A DNA stretch of 61,396 bases, filler included. It is 7 parts of 7 records of this genome, joined end to end, with 100 filler letters (N's around TTAATTAATTAA, not from the genome) between each part and the next. Parts side by side here need not be neighbours in the genome. Positions count along the whole stretch, not along the records: positions 10,134 to 19,543 come from SRR31156797_18563; 6 more parts are not named here. One strand, given 5' to 3'. The translations under genes and the position numbers were made by a program. Positions 10,034 to 19,643 of the stretch are shown one piece after another. How positions within the stretch are numbered: position 1 is the first letter of the stretch; each line of letters begins with the position of its first letter. The notes beneath the pieces were generated by a model. That model was not told the origin of the DNA. It saw only the letters and a program-made list of their open reading frames with translations, and did not search any database.

Positions 10034-10133
10034 NNNNNNNNNNNNNNNNNNNNNNNNNNNNNNNNNNNNNNNNNNNNTTAATTAATTAANNNNNNNNNNN
10101 NNNNNNNNNNNNNNNNNNNNNNNNNNNNNNNNN
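10034..10133. other. Artificial contig linker
   Basis: 44 N + TTAATTAATTAA (stops in all six frames) + 44 N; identical at six sites. Confidence 0.97.
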
Positions 10134-10765
10134 ATATTGCTCACCAATGGAGACAACCTCTTACTCATCTTAGTTTTATAAATATGAATTTACAAATGGC
10201 TTCATATGATGAGAAACTTTCAAAAGAGTATTTAGATGAGAAAATTGAAGAGTCAAATAAACAGTTGGAGTTTATGTCAAGTACAATAGATAGTTTTCGA
10301 GATTTTTATAAGCCACAAAAAGAGAAAGAAAACTTTTATTTATCAAAAGCTGTAAAACAAGCAGTTGATATTATGGCTGTTTTATTAGAAAAAGATAATA
10401 TAGACTTAGAGCTTGATATTAGAAAGGATAAAAAGATTTATGCCTATGAAAATGAGTATTCTCAAGTGGTTTTAAACCTAATCACAAATGCAAAAGATGT
10501 ATTAGTTCAAAGGCAAATAGAGGGTGCGAAAATAAAAATCACAATAGATAGCTATTTTGATAAGTCTTTCACTACAGTTTGTGATAATGCAGGTGGAATA
10601 AAAAAAACCGATTTAAATAAGATTTTTGAGCCATATTTTACTACAAAAGACAGTGGAAGTGGAATAGGGCTTTATATGTCTAAAACAATAATCAACTCTC
10701 ACTTTAAAGGGAAACTAAGAGTTGAAAATAAAAAAGAAGGTGCCTGCTTTACGATAGAGGTTTAA
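10134..10765 (+). CDS. Sensor histidine kinase, C-terminal part
   Basis: Frame open from the contig edge: IAHQWRQPL (H-box), NLITNAKD, DNAGGI, FEPYFTTK, GSGIGL. Confidence 0.9.
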
Positions 10766-11586
10766 TCCTCTCTACCATAAAGTTCTGAAGCTTCTTGAAT
10801 AACTAAAAAAGCATCTTTGTCATGTTTTTTAGTAATACTTTTTAGAAGTTGCAATTTTGAAATATCTACAACTACAAGAATTAAAGTTTTGCTTTTTTCT
10901 TGTTTTAGATTGTATCCATTTATTATTGTTCCATGTTCTCCAAGTTTTGCATCTATGTCTTTACTTAATTCTCTTATATTATTTGAAACTATTGTTACAG
11001 ACTTTTGAGCTGGTTTTCCTGATATTAAAATATCAATTATTCTAGAAGTTATATATATTCCAATCACAGAAAATAAAGCTTTTTCAAGGTCGTTATAAAC
11101 AAATATAGACCAAAACATAATAAGACCATCAATCACTAAAAGAATTTGTGAAGTTTTAAATCTACTTTTTTGGGCTATAACTTCAGCAAGAATAGTTGTT
11201 CCTCCTGTAGAAGCTTTAGCTAAAAGTATAAGTCCAACTCCTAAACCTATTAATAATCCTCCAAAAATAGCTGCTAAAATTGTTTCATTTGTAGCTGGTT
11301 GTATTTTTAGAACTTCCCTTAAAAGATCAGTAAATAAAGAGATAAGAGAGATAGAAACTAAAGTTTTGAATACAAAGTTCTTTCCAAAATATTTCATTCC
11401 AATTAAAATTAAAGGTACACTAACAATAGCTATCCATACACCAAGTGTAAATAGAGGAAATATCTCATGTAGAAGTTGGGCTAATCCTACTCCTCCTCCT
11501 GTTACAATACTATTTGGATTTAAAAAAGCCGTTGCAGCGTAAGCAATAATAAATGAACCAATAATTAAATATAAAATCTTTTTCAT
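10762..11586 (-). CDS. YitT family membrane protein
   Basis: PNSIVTGGGVGLA, ASTGGT, multiple TM helices, C-terminal DKDAFLVI..ASELYG. Confidence 0.85.
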   Translation of the reverse strand: MKKILYLIIGSFIIAYAATAFLNPNSIVTGGGVGLAQLLHEIFPLFTLGVWIAIVSVPLILIGMKYFGKNFVFKTLVSISLISLFTDLLREVLKIQPATNETILAAIFGGLLIGLGVGLILLAKASTGGTTILAEVIAQKSRFKTSQILLVIDGLIMFWSIFVYNDLEKALFSVIGIYITSRIIDILISGKPAQKSVTIVSNNIRELSKDIDAKLGEHGTIINGYNLKQEKSKTLILVVVDISKLQLLKSITKKHDKDAFLVIQEASELYGRED

Positions 11587-11674
11587 ATCTATTTTAAAAT
11601 TCCTTTTTTGCTTGAATTATAGATAAAAATAAAATTTTATTCTTTACTATTATTGATTAAAAAGTTTACTATTC

Positions 11675-11704
11675 TTGCTTAAAATAATTTTATTAAGTTA
11701 TAAT
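11675..11704 (+). promoter_or_regulatory. Sigma70-type promoter, probably leaderless, for the AraC gene
   Basis: TTGCTT (11675-80), N18, TATAAT (11699-704); ATG follows 6 nt later with no Shine-Dalgarno. Confidence 0.5.
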
Positions 11705-11710
11705 AATTCT

Positions 11711-12550
11711 ATGAAAAAAGATACTCAAAAAAGACATAGTCAAATTGCAAATGATGTTATGCACTATATTTATAGATATATTAGTACTGATATCAATCTT
11801 GATGAATTAAGTATAAATCTAAATATCAGCAAGTTTCATATGCATAGAGTGTTTAAAGAAGAGTTCGGACAAAATATTTATGAAACAATAAAAGCAATCA
11901 GACTTCAAAAAGCTGCAAGTTTACTTTTAACAAATAAAAGTTCAACTATCTCAAATGTTGCAAGAAATTGTGGTTATACTTCCCAAGCAGCTTTTATTCG
12001 AGTATTTAAAGAGATGTTTAAAACTACACCAAAGCGTTGGAGAAATGGAGAATATAAAGAGCTGTTTCTTAGAAAAAGCCTTAAAAAGTTTCAAATAAAA
12101 CCAGAAATATTTAGGTTTAAATCACGAAAAGCATATTATATAAGACATACAGGAACTAAACAAGAGTTTGATAATTCTTGGGAGAAGTTAAATACTTGGG
12201 CTTTGATAAAAGGCTACAAAAATTTTAATAAAATCAATTTTTTTCATGATAATCTAGTTTTAAAAGAGTTTGAAAAAAGTCGTTTTGTTTCTGCTCTTAC
12301 TTTTGATAAAGAGTTAGTAGATGATAGTTTTCCTTATCTTACTATGCCGGAACAAATTTGTGCAAAGTTTAGTTTTAAAGGTAGTAAAAAAGAGTTTGTT
12401 GATTTTATTTTCTGGGTTTATTTTGATTGGTTGATAAATAGTGGATATGAAGCAAATACTGAGCCTTCATTTGTTATATATAAAAATGATTTTTATCTAA
12501 CAAATGATAAGACTCTTGATTTAGATTTTTATTTATCTATCTCAATGTAA
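11711..12550 (+). CDS. AraC family regulator with GyrI-like effector domain
   Basis: SKFHMHRVFK..G, RLQKAASLL, CGYTSQAAFIRVFK..TPKRWR; C-terminal DWLINSGY. ATG 11711 preferred over TTG 11675. Confidence 0.85.
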   Translation: MKKDTQKRHSQIANDVMHYIYRYISTDINLDELSINLNISKFHMHRVFKEEFGQNIYETIKAIRLQKAASLLLTNKSSTISNVARNCGYTSQAAFIRVFKEMFKTTPKRWRNGEYKELFLRKSLKKFQIKPEIFRFKSRKAYYIRHTGTKQEFDNSWEKLNTWALIKGYKNFNKINFFHDNLVLKEFEKSRFVSALTFDKELVDDSFPYLTMPEQICAKFSFKGSKKEFVDFIFWVYFDWLINSGYEANTEPSFVIYKNDFYLTNDKTLDLDFYLSISM

Positions 12551-12553
12551 GTT

Positions 12554-13039
12554 TTATTTTTTTAGTTGAGCAGTTAATATTTTTGTATTTCTTGCACTAA
12601 AATATAAAGTAAGAGCAAGAAGAACAAAGGCTATTGAAAATAGTACAATAACAGAAGTGCTAATTAATGCACCATGTTGATTTTGAGAAAGTTTTTTACT
12701 TGAAGTTTCCATTGATGTTTTTTTAGTAAAACCTTCAAGGGGAGCAAAACCTTCTTTTACAACAGTATGTCCAGGTCCTCCATCAAGAACTACTTGGTAC
12801 TGCTCTTTTGGAATCTCAATTGTAAGTTCACTCTCATCTGGAAGTCTTTTTTGATATAACACTTCTCCTGAAATTAGTGACTCAAGTTTAACTAAAGCAC
12901 CAACAGTTTTCTCTCCTGTACTAAAAGCTCCAACTACTGTTATTGTATTGTCTTCATTATCAATAACATCCATAAGTAAAGTATGAGCACTTAGGTTTAA
13001 GCTTAATAGTAAAAAAACAAGTATTGATTTTATTTTCAT
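12554..13039 (-). CDS. Exported, membrane-anchored protein of a putative iron-release module
   Basis: Signal peptide ending LSA-H, then GAFSTG and VLDGGPGH; C-terminal TM helix. Confidence 0.6.
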   Translation of the reverse strand: MKIKSILVFLLLSLNLSAHTLLMDVIDNEDNTITVVGAFSTGEKTVGALVKLESLISGEVLYQKRLPDESELTIEIPKEQYQVVLDGGPGHTVVKEGFAPLEGFTKKTSMETSSKKLSQNQHGALISTSVIVLFSIAFVLLALTLYFSARNTKILTAQLKK

Positions 13040-14604
13040 TATTTATCCTTTTTTTTAGAAAATAGAAGTTTAAATTCTTCTCTATCTTTTGGTATTTTAA
13101 ATCCTATAAATAGAAGTAAAAGTCCAAAAATAAATAGAGCAATATCAACATTTAAGATGATAAACATATTGTTTGTAAATAGTTCAATAGGAGAAAACCC
13201 AGATACATAAAAATGAACAAGTGGTGTTATCATAAATAAAATTGCACCTAAAACTAAAAACTCTTTAGCCGCTTTAAAAGAACAGATTCTATAAAAAGCC
13301 CAAGTTAAAGTACTAAGCCATGCAATAAAAAATAGTCCTTTTTGCCAAAACATTCTATCTTGCATATCAAATGGTAAAAGCCATTGAAGTAAAAAGATAA
13401 ATCCAGTTGCTGGTATAACTCCAATCATAACTGTTAGAGATAGTTTTCCAAACCAATGATAAAAGGGAATTTTATTATCAAACTTTTTAGCTTTTTTCTC
13501 CAAAAAAAGCATCACTCCAAAACCAATTGCAACTCCACAAATAGCCATGATAATAGCAATGATTGTTCTTACAAAAATATCAACTCCAAAAAGCAAGTGT
13601 AAGAAATATAAAGTATCTGCAAACATACTTGTCCAGTTTCCATCTAATACTTTTTTGTACTCAATCAAACTTCCATCAACTCCACTTAAAACAACAACTG
13701 GGTTATTAAATACTCCATTTAGAAATGGAAAGTTTGGATTATATCCCGTAAGTTCAACTTGGGCAGAACTATCTTTCCAGTTGATAAGTTTTATTTTGTC
13801 AAAGTTGATACTTGGATTTACATCTTCAGCTTTTCCAATAAGTTCACTAATTGGAAGCATAGAAGCTTGTTCGTTGTTTTTTTCTACTAAAGCTCTTTGA
13901 GGCTTTAGTACTGGACCAACTGCTTGCCAAGTATTTGAGATTTCACCTTTTGAAGAGATATATGTCATTAAAGTTGAGCCTGAATATCCAATATTCATAT
14001 AAGCCCCTGTAAGAGTAACTATTACAAAAGGAGCAAATAACCACATAAAAACTTTTCTATGGTATTTTGAAAATTTTCCTTGATGATTTTTAGGGTTATT
14101 GTTATATTTTAAATAATAAACTTGAATAAGTCCACCAATAATTAAAAGCATAACAGAAACAGCAACAAGACCAAATACAAAATATCCAACACTCATAAAA
14201 GGTCTTCCATAGTGCATATGATTTAAAAATCTTGCTAACTGAGAGTTGTCACCTTCATCATTTACTTTTTCCATAGTTTTTGGATTAAAAACAACTGGTT
14301 CTACAAACATATGATTTACTTTTAAAGCTGGGTCATTAAAGTATCCAGGAAGTTCAATAATAATATTGTTTGTAGGAAAGTTTGGGTCACTAATAACTGG
14401 GTCAATCATCTTTGAGTAGTTTATCTCTTTGATATTTGCAGCTTCAAAATGTCTTGAAGGTTTTTCCCATGTTTGAATATAGGGTAAAAAGATTGCAAAA
14501 ATACCAAAGAAAACACATAAATACATAAATAATGAGGCACTAATTCCTACACTTACATGTATTCTTTGAAGTCTTTGTTTAAATAGTTTACTTGCATTTT
14601 CCAT
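13039..14604 (-). CDS. PepSY-associated TM helix protein (putative ferri-siderophore reductase)
   Basis: Conserved His in RIHVSVG, LNHMHY, SKYHRK, YFLHL; about 10 TM helices. Confidence 0.85.
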   Translation of the reverse strand: MENASKLFKQRLQRIHVSVGISASLFMYLCVFFGIFAIFLPYIQTWEKPSRHFEAANIKEINYSKMIDPVISDPNFPTNNIIIELPGYFNDPALKVNHMFVEPVVFNPKTMEKVNDEGDNSQLARFLNHMHYGRPFMSVGYFVFGLVAVSVMLLIIGGLIQVYYLKYNNNPKNHQGKFSKYHRKVFMWLFAPFVIVTLTGAYMNIGYSGSTLMTYISSKGEISNTWQAVGPVLKPQRALVEKNNEQASMLPISELIGKAEDVNPSINFDKIKLINWKDSSAQVELTGYNPNFPFLNGVFNNPVVVLSGVDGSLIEYKKVLDGNWTSMFADTLYFLHLLFGVDIFVRTIIAIIMAICGVAIGFGVMLFLEKKAKKFDNKIPFYHWFGKLSLTVMIGVIPATGFIFLLQWLLPFDMQDRMFWQKGLFFIAWLSTLTWAFYRICSFKAAKEFLVLGAILFMITPLVHFYVSGFSPIELFTNNMFIILNVDIALFIFGLLLLFIGFKIPKDREEFKLLFSKKKDK

Positions 14605-14607
14605 AGA

Positions 14608-14931
14608 TTAAGTTCCTAAAATAAAAAATAAAATTCCAACAGCACATATTAAACTAGGAATAAAAACCCTTTTAAGTGCAATTAGTTTTGTGTGAGATAG
14701 GGCTATCCAAAAAGAGAAAATTGCCCATAATAAAGTATAAAGGTATATAGGAATAACAAGGGACTCTCCTAAGGGAACAGGTGTTAAGAAACTTAATAAA
14801 GTCATAAATAAATAAGAGACTAATAGTCCACCAAAGATAGAACACAAAGTTCTAAATAAGCCAATCTTTTTTCCGCTATTTTCAGGTGTTGAGAGATTTT
14901 TATATATAGTTTTAAAATTTGAATTCAACAA
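14608..14931 (-). CDS. Small three-TM membrane protein preceding the PepSY gene
   Basis: RTLCSIFGGLLVSY and three hydrophobic segments; 3 nt from the PepSY start. Confidence 0.65.
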   Translation of the reverse strand: MLNSNFKTIYKNLSTPENSGKKIGLFRTLCSIFGGLLVSYLFMTLLSFLTPVPLGESLVIPIYLYTLLWAIFSFWIALSHTKLIALKRVFIPSLICAVGILFFILGT

Positions 14932-14950
14932 TAATACCTTTATTTAATTT

Positions 14951-14965
14951 TGAGAATTATAATCA
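14951..14965 (-). promoter_or_regulatory. Fur box
   Basis: TGAGAATTATAATCA, 12/14 match to 7-1-7 TGATAATnATTATCA, about 20 bp upstream of the PepSY operon. Confidence 0.7.
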
Positions 14966-15023
14966 TTTAACTTAAATTAATACTTAATACTAAAGCTATC
15001 ATGATAAGTAGTTTTAGAAGTAA

Positions 15024-15057
15024 TTAGTTGAGTACTACAAGGTGTAGACTCAACTAA
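15024..15057 (-). terminator. Hairpin downstream of the TonB receptor
   Basis: TTAGTTGAGT-a-CTACA-AGG-TGTAG-ACTCAACTAA. Confidence 0.55.
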
Positions 15058-15062
15058 AAATT

Positions 15063-17357
15063 TTAAAAGTTAATTTGTGCAGAAACTATGAAAGTTCTTC
15101 CTTGTCCTGCTACTCTACCAATTGGACTTACATCAACACCTCTAAAGTAATAGTCTTCATCAAAGATATTGTTAACTCCAAAGCTAAGATCTGCTGTAAA
15201 GTCACTGTTTAATTTAACTTCCCTTGAAACTTTTGCATTCCATAGAGTATATGAAGGAACTTCTCCATATTGCCCATTTGCTGATTCTTCTTTTGTATTA
15301 GCACTATCAGAAAATGCTTTACTAATATAAAGACCTGTTAGGTTGAATTTATTTTTATTGTATTCATAATCAGATGAGATACTAAATTGATGTTTAGCTA
15401 CCCAAGGAAGTTGATTTCCTCTATTATCACCTGTTAATTGTTCTGTATCAAGATATGTATATCCTAGTGCAAACTGTGTATTATCACTTGGTTTAAAATT
15501 GATTTGAGTTTCAATACCTTGGTGTCTAGTTTCTCCAAGATTTTTAAAAGATTGTGTACTAGCTACATACTCAATTTGGTCTTCATAATCAATTCTATAA
15601 AGTGTACTTCCAATACTAAACTTACTATTTGGTTCATATCTAAATCCAACTTCATAGTTCCACGCAAGTTCAGCTGCTAAATCACCATCTTTTCTTACTT
15701 GTGCTACTTGTGGAGATTTAAGAGATCTTTGTGCATTTGTAAATAAAAACAGGTCATTTGTTGCTTGATAACCAATACTTAAACCTGGAAGCCAAGACCT
15801 CATATCTTTTCTTTTATCTGCAAGTGGGTCATTACTTAGGTTATCACCAAAATCAGTATCAATTTTTTCGTATCTAATACCTGGAGTAACTTTTAATCTT
15901 CCATCCATTAAAGAGATAGTATCACTTAAATAAGCTGCTACTGCATCTGTTTTAATCTTCCAATCTCTAATAGTACCTTGCACTCCATCGCTAAATTTTG
16001 TTTGGTGTAATAAGTAATCAACATCTTCTTTTACATATCTTGTTCCGAAAGTAACTTTGTGATTAGCTTTTTCAAAAGTAAATCTAGGTTCAGTTCCAAA
16101 AACATCAATTTCTCTGTCGGCAACTCTTACAGAATCAGCTGTTCCTGGAGTAAATGAAGAACCTGATGTATTCCAACCCCAATCAAATCTTCTTTCACTT
16201 TTTTGTGCATAGTTCATCCAGTAAAACTCTGTATCTTCTGTAGGATTAAGTTTATATGTTACAGAAGCTCTTTTAGTTTTTCCATGAAATTCATCATGTG
16301 GTCTTTGTGAAGAGCTTTTATCATCTTTATAATCTTCTGGCAGTTGTGCACCTGGTAAATTAGCATCAGCTTTGTAGTATTGGATATTTGATTTGATTTC
16401 ACTATTATCTGTTGGGAAATACTCTAAATCAAAGATATAGTTATTTACATTTGTATCAGAATGGTCTCTAAATGATTCTCCATTTATATTATTGTATTGA
16501 AGTTGTAATCCTAAATTGTCATTTATAAAACCACCTGTTCTAAAATAAGTATCAGTTAAAATATTTCCATTATCAGCTGAGTGTACTGTTCCTTTTATTG
16601 TAGAAGAAGGTTTTGTTGAAATAGGTTTTGTAACAAAGTTTACAACTCCACCAACATTATTTGGACCATAATGAACTGCTGCTCCACCTCTTACAATATC
16701 AATTGTTTCTAAAGTTTCCATTGTAATTGGAAATAATGAAAAACTAGAGTGACTATAAGGAGCGATTGCTGCAGGAATTCCATTTACCATTGCATTTAAG
16801 TTTGCACTTCTTCCTGGTTTTAATCCTCTTAATGAGATATTTGGTAGAACACCAGTTCCTGTTTCATCTTGAATTTGAATACCTGGTACAACTCTTAAAG
16901 CATCTTCAATATTTTTTGCAGCTGTTTTATTTAATGTCGCAGAATCAATAATTGTTCTTGCTCCACTGTAAGTTTTTACATCTTCAAAACTTGAATTACC
17001 AATCCAATCTCCTTGAACTTCCACTTGTCCTAAGTTGTTTGAAGCACTATTTTCTTTTTCATGTACTCTTTTTTTTCTAATTAAAATAGTCTCATCTTCT
17101 ATAACTGCTTCAAGATTTGTATCTTTTAGTAGTTCTTTAAAAGCTTTTTCAATGCCTTCTATATTTTTAAAGTTTGATGCTTTTTGATTTTTTAATAGTT
17201 TTGCATCAACCATATATGACATGTTTGAGTCTTTTGATAATTGTTCAATCGCTTTTTGTAAAGATAGATTTTCAACTGAATATTGTTTTGCGTATAAGCT
17301 TGTTGATAAAGCAAGAGCTAACATTGGTGCAATCAATGTTGATTTCTTTTTAATCAT
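15063..17357 (-). CDS. fecA: TonB-dependent siderophore/ferric citrate receptor with N-terminal signalling (STN) domain, FecA-like
   Basis: STN domain (SLQKAIEQLSK...LLKDTNL), plug (DALRVVPGI, IDIVRGGAAVHYGPNNVGGVVNF), GVNNIFDEDY, C-terminal Phe. Confidence 0.85.
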   Translation of the reverse strand: MIKKKSTLIAPMLALALSTSLYAKQYSVENLSLQKAIEQLSKDSNMSYMVDAKLLKNQKASNFKNIEGIEKAFKELLKDTNLEAVIEDETILIRKKRVHEKENSASNNLGQVEVQGDWIGNSSFEDVKTYSGARTIIDSATLNKTAAKNIEDALRVVPGIQIQDETGTGVLPNISLRGLKPGRSANLNAMVNGIPAAIAPYSHSSFSLFPITMETLETIDIVRGGAAVHYGPNNVGGVVNFVTKPISTKPSSTIKGTVHSADNGNILTDTYFRTGGFINDNLGLQLQYNNINGESFRDHSDTNVNNYIFDLEYFPTDNSEIKSNIQYYKADANLPGAQLPEDYKDDKSSSQRPHDEFHGKTKRASVTYKLNPTEDTEFYWMNYAQKSERRFDWGWNTSGSSFTPGTADSVRVADREIDVFGTEPRFTFEKANHKVTFGTRYVKEDVDYLLHQTKFSDGVQGTIRDWKIKTDAVAAYLSDTISLMDGRLKVTPGIRYEKIDTDFGDNLSNDPLADKRKDMRSWLPGLSIGYQATNDLFLFTNAQRSLKSPQVAQVRKDGDLAAELAWNYEVGFRYEPNSKFSIGSTLYRIDYEDQIEYVASTQSFKNLGETRHQGIETQINFKPSDNTQFALGYTYLDTEQLTGDNRGNQLPWVAKHQFSISSDYEYNKNKFNLTGLYISKAFSDSANTKEESANGQYGEVPSYTLWNAKVSREVKLNSDFTADLSFGVNNIFDEDYYFRGVDVSPIGRVAGQGRTFIVSAQINF

Positions 17358-17384
17358 TTGTGTCCTTTAATTTCTTTTTAGTAT

Positions 17385-17399
17385 TAAGAATGATTATTA
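17385..17399 (-). promoter_or_regulatory. Fur box (weaker)
   Basis: TAAGAATGATTATTA, 11/14 match to the 7-1-7 consensus, upstream of the receptor. Confidence 0.5.
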
Positions 17400-17418
17400 A
17401 AATTATTCTTTCGATAAT

Positions 17419-17446
17419 AAGACGGATGAATAAAAAAAATCAGACA
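17419..17446 (-). promoter_or_regulatory. Candidate ECF sigma promoter of the receptor
   Basis: Minus strand TGTCTG-ATTTTTTTTATTCATC-CGTCTT; CGTC is a common ECF -10 element. Confidence 0.4.
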
Positions 17447-18409
17447 TCAATTTTCAAAAAATTTTATTTTTTTGTTTTTCTTTTCTACTTTAAGTGCATA
17501 AATTTTTGGTAAAGCTTTAATAAAAGAATCAAATTCATTTAGTTGGAACTTCCCTGTTATAGCAGTTTGTGAAATATCATAATTTTCAAAGATAGCTTCG
17601 ATTTTATTGTATCTTGAAAATTGTTTAATAGCCTCTTGTAAAGGAGTGTTATTAAATAAAATATATCCTTCTTCCCAGTTTGCTATTTTATTTATTTGAA
17701 TTTTATTTAAAGATAATATATTTGAATTCTCATCTAATAAAAGAGAATCCTCTTTTTTTAATAAAGCTATTGTTTCATACTTATTATTGTTTTCCTTTGA
17801 TATTTTTACAAGCCCCTCTTTTACTTTTATAGAAATCTTTTTATCAAATTTATCAACTTCAAAAGCTGTACCTAAAACTTTTATTTGAGTATCGTTTACC
17901 TTTATAGTAAAGACTTTTGTTTTATCTTTTGCAACATAAAACATTGCTCGGCCTTCATTAAACTTTATTTCTCTTTTGTTTTTAAAATAGTTAACTTCTA
18001 TATCAGAGTTTTTATCTAAAACTATTTTTGTATTATCAGGTAAAAGAATATTCTTATTAATACTATTTTGTGAAACTAAATGATTTGAATAAGTAGTAGA
18101 AACAAACTCATTGTATTTGAAACTTCCAAAACCAAGGGCTAAAATAAATATTGCAGCTGCTGCTAAGGGTTTTATTTTTTCAATTATCTTTGTTTTTCTT
18201 GCTCCTTTTTTTGCTTTACAGGCCAATTCATCTTTTAATTGAGAAGGAAGAGATTTAAATGCCTTTCTAATAGATTTATTTTCTTCGTATATTTTTTTAT
18301 GATTTTCATTTGAGTTTAACCAAAAGTTTAATTCACTTTTTTCTTTTTCATTTAAACCTTCTTCTTCTCTTATAAGCCAAGATATAGCTATTTGTTGGAT
18401 ACTTTTCAT
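17447..18409 (-). CDS. fecR: FecR family anti-sigma factor
   Basis: AISWLIR..WLN..NH, one TM, LPDNTKIVL, GRAMFYVAKD, VLGTAFEV, WEEG..F.NTPL. Confidence 0.9.
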   Translation of the reverse strand: MKSIQQIAISWLIREEEGLNEKEKSELNFWLNSNENHKKIYEENKSIRKAFKSLPSQLKDELACKAKKGARKTKIIEKIKPLAAAAIFILALGFGSFKYNEFVSTTYSNHLVSQNSINKNILLPDNTKIVLDKNSDIEVNYFKNKREIKFNEGRAMFYVAKDKTKVFTIKVNDTQIKVLGTAFEVDKFDKKISIKVKEGLVKISKENNNKYETIALLKKEDSLLLDENSNILSLNKIQINKIANWEEGYILFNNTPLQEAIKQFSRYNKIEAIFENYDISQTAITGKFQLNEFDSFIKALPKIYALKVEKKNKKIKFFEN

Positions 18410-18418
18410 ATTTGGCTC

Positions 18419-18886
18419 CTAATAATTGTTCATTTTGTTTTTGATTTTTTCACTGGCTCTAAGAATATTTTTCTCAACTGCAGCCATACTTATACCCATC
18501 TTTGAAGAGATTTCTTTTCTAGAGTATCCTTCAATTACGTGTAAAATAAAGGCTTGTTGACATTTTGGTGGAAGGCTTTGAACTATTTTCATCATTTGTT
18601 CATATTGGTTTGATTGTACTACTTGTTCATGGGGTTGCTCTTCTTGAGGAATACTATGTTCCTCTTCTTCATAAAGAGTTTCAGATGAGCTTTTCTCTTT
18701 TCTTGATTGGTCTATTACAATATTTCTTGAGGTTTTGTATAAATAGGCTCTTTCATTATCAATATTTGAACTCTTGTTTACATATAATAATCTACTATAA
18801 GCTTCTTGGATAACATCCTTTGCTCTTTCTTTGTCACCTACCATTCTTTGAACATAATATACTAACTCTTGATAATATTGAAGCAC
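18419..18886 (-). CDS. fecI: ECF sigma factor, FecI-like
   Basis: AKDVIQEAY, RAYLYKTSRNIVID, LPPKCQQAFIL..EGYSRKEIS..MGIS..AVEK; GTG start. Confidence 0.88.
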   Translation of the reverse strand: MLQYYQELVYYVQRMVGDKERAKDVIQEAYSRLLYVNKSSNIDNERAYLYKTSRNIVIDQSRKEKSSSETLYEEEEHSIPQEEQPHEQVVQSNQYEQMMKIVQSLPPKCQQAFILHVIEGYSRKEISSKMGISMAAVEKNILRASEKIKNKMNNY

Positions 18887-18910
18887 GTTAAATAAAATCC
18901 TTTTTGATTT

Positions 18911-18925
18911 TGAGAAATATTATCA
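18911..18925 (-). promoter_or_regulatory. Fur box
   Basis: TGAGAAATATTATCA, 12/14 match, about 25 bp upstream of the fecI start. Confidence 0.7.
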
Positions 18926-19042
18926 TAATTAAAATTTGAAAAAAGTTAGAAATCAAAATAAATTCCTTTAATAAAAACTTGCAAAGCAACCACATAGAAA
19001 AAATTAGATATAATCACGAAAAATTAAACGCGAAAGATTAAA

Positions 19043-19543
19043 ATGATTGATGTAAGAGAACTACAAAAAGATTTTGAAACTATGGCAACTGCACTTAAAA
19101 GAAAGGGTGTAGAACAAGAGGTTTTAGATAATTTAAAAGCATTAGCGCAAGATGCAAAAGCAAAAAGACAAGAGATGGAAAATGTTACTGCTGAGCAAAA
19201 TAAATTATCTAAAGAGTTTGGTAGATACAAAAAAGAAGGTCTTGATATTGCACCTTTACAAGCTTCAATTAATGAATTAAAATCTAAAAAACAATCAATG
19301 GAAGATGAAGTAAGAGTTTTAGAAGAGAAGTTAACTTCTATTGCACTTGGTGTTCCAAATCTTCCAGATGCAAATGTTCCAGATGGTGCAGATGAAGAAG
19401 AGAATGTAGTGTTAGAAACTATTGGTGAAAAACCTCAGTTCTCTTTTGAACCAAAAGAACACTGGGATTTAGATAATGGTTGGTTAGACTTTGAAAGAGG
19501 TGTTAAATTAGCTAAATCAAGATTTTCTGCTATAAAAGGTCAA
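19043..19543 (+). CDS. serS: Serine--tRNA ligase, N-terminal part
   Basis: MID.., coiled-coil arm, VPNLPDANVPDGADEEEN, PKEHWDL, DFERGVKLAKSRF; truncated by the linker. Confidence 0.95.
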
Positions 19544-19643
19544 NNNNNNNNNNNNNNNNNNNNNNNNNNNNNNNNNNNNNNNNNNNNTTAATTAATTAAN
19601 NNNNNNNNNNNNNNNNNNNNNNNNNNNNNNNNNNNNNNNNNNN
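19544..19643. other. Artificial contig linker
   Basis: 44 N + TTAATTAATTAA + 44 N. Confidence 0.97.

Noticed and set aside
10078-10089. Recurring TTAATTAATTAA palindrome as a biological repeat
   Set aside because: Always centred in 44+44 N; it is a six-frame-stop assembly linker.
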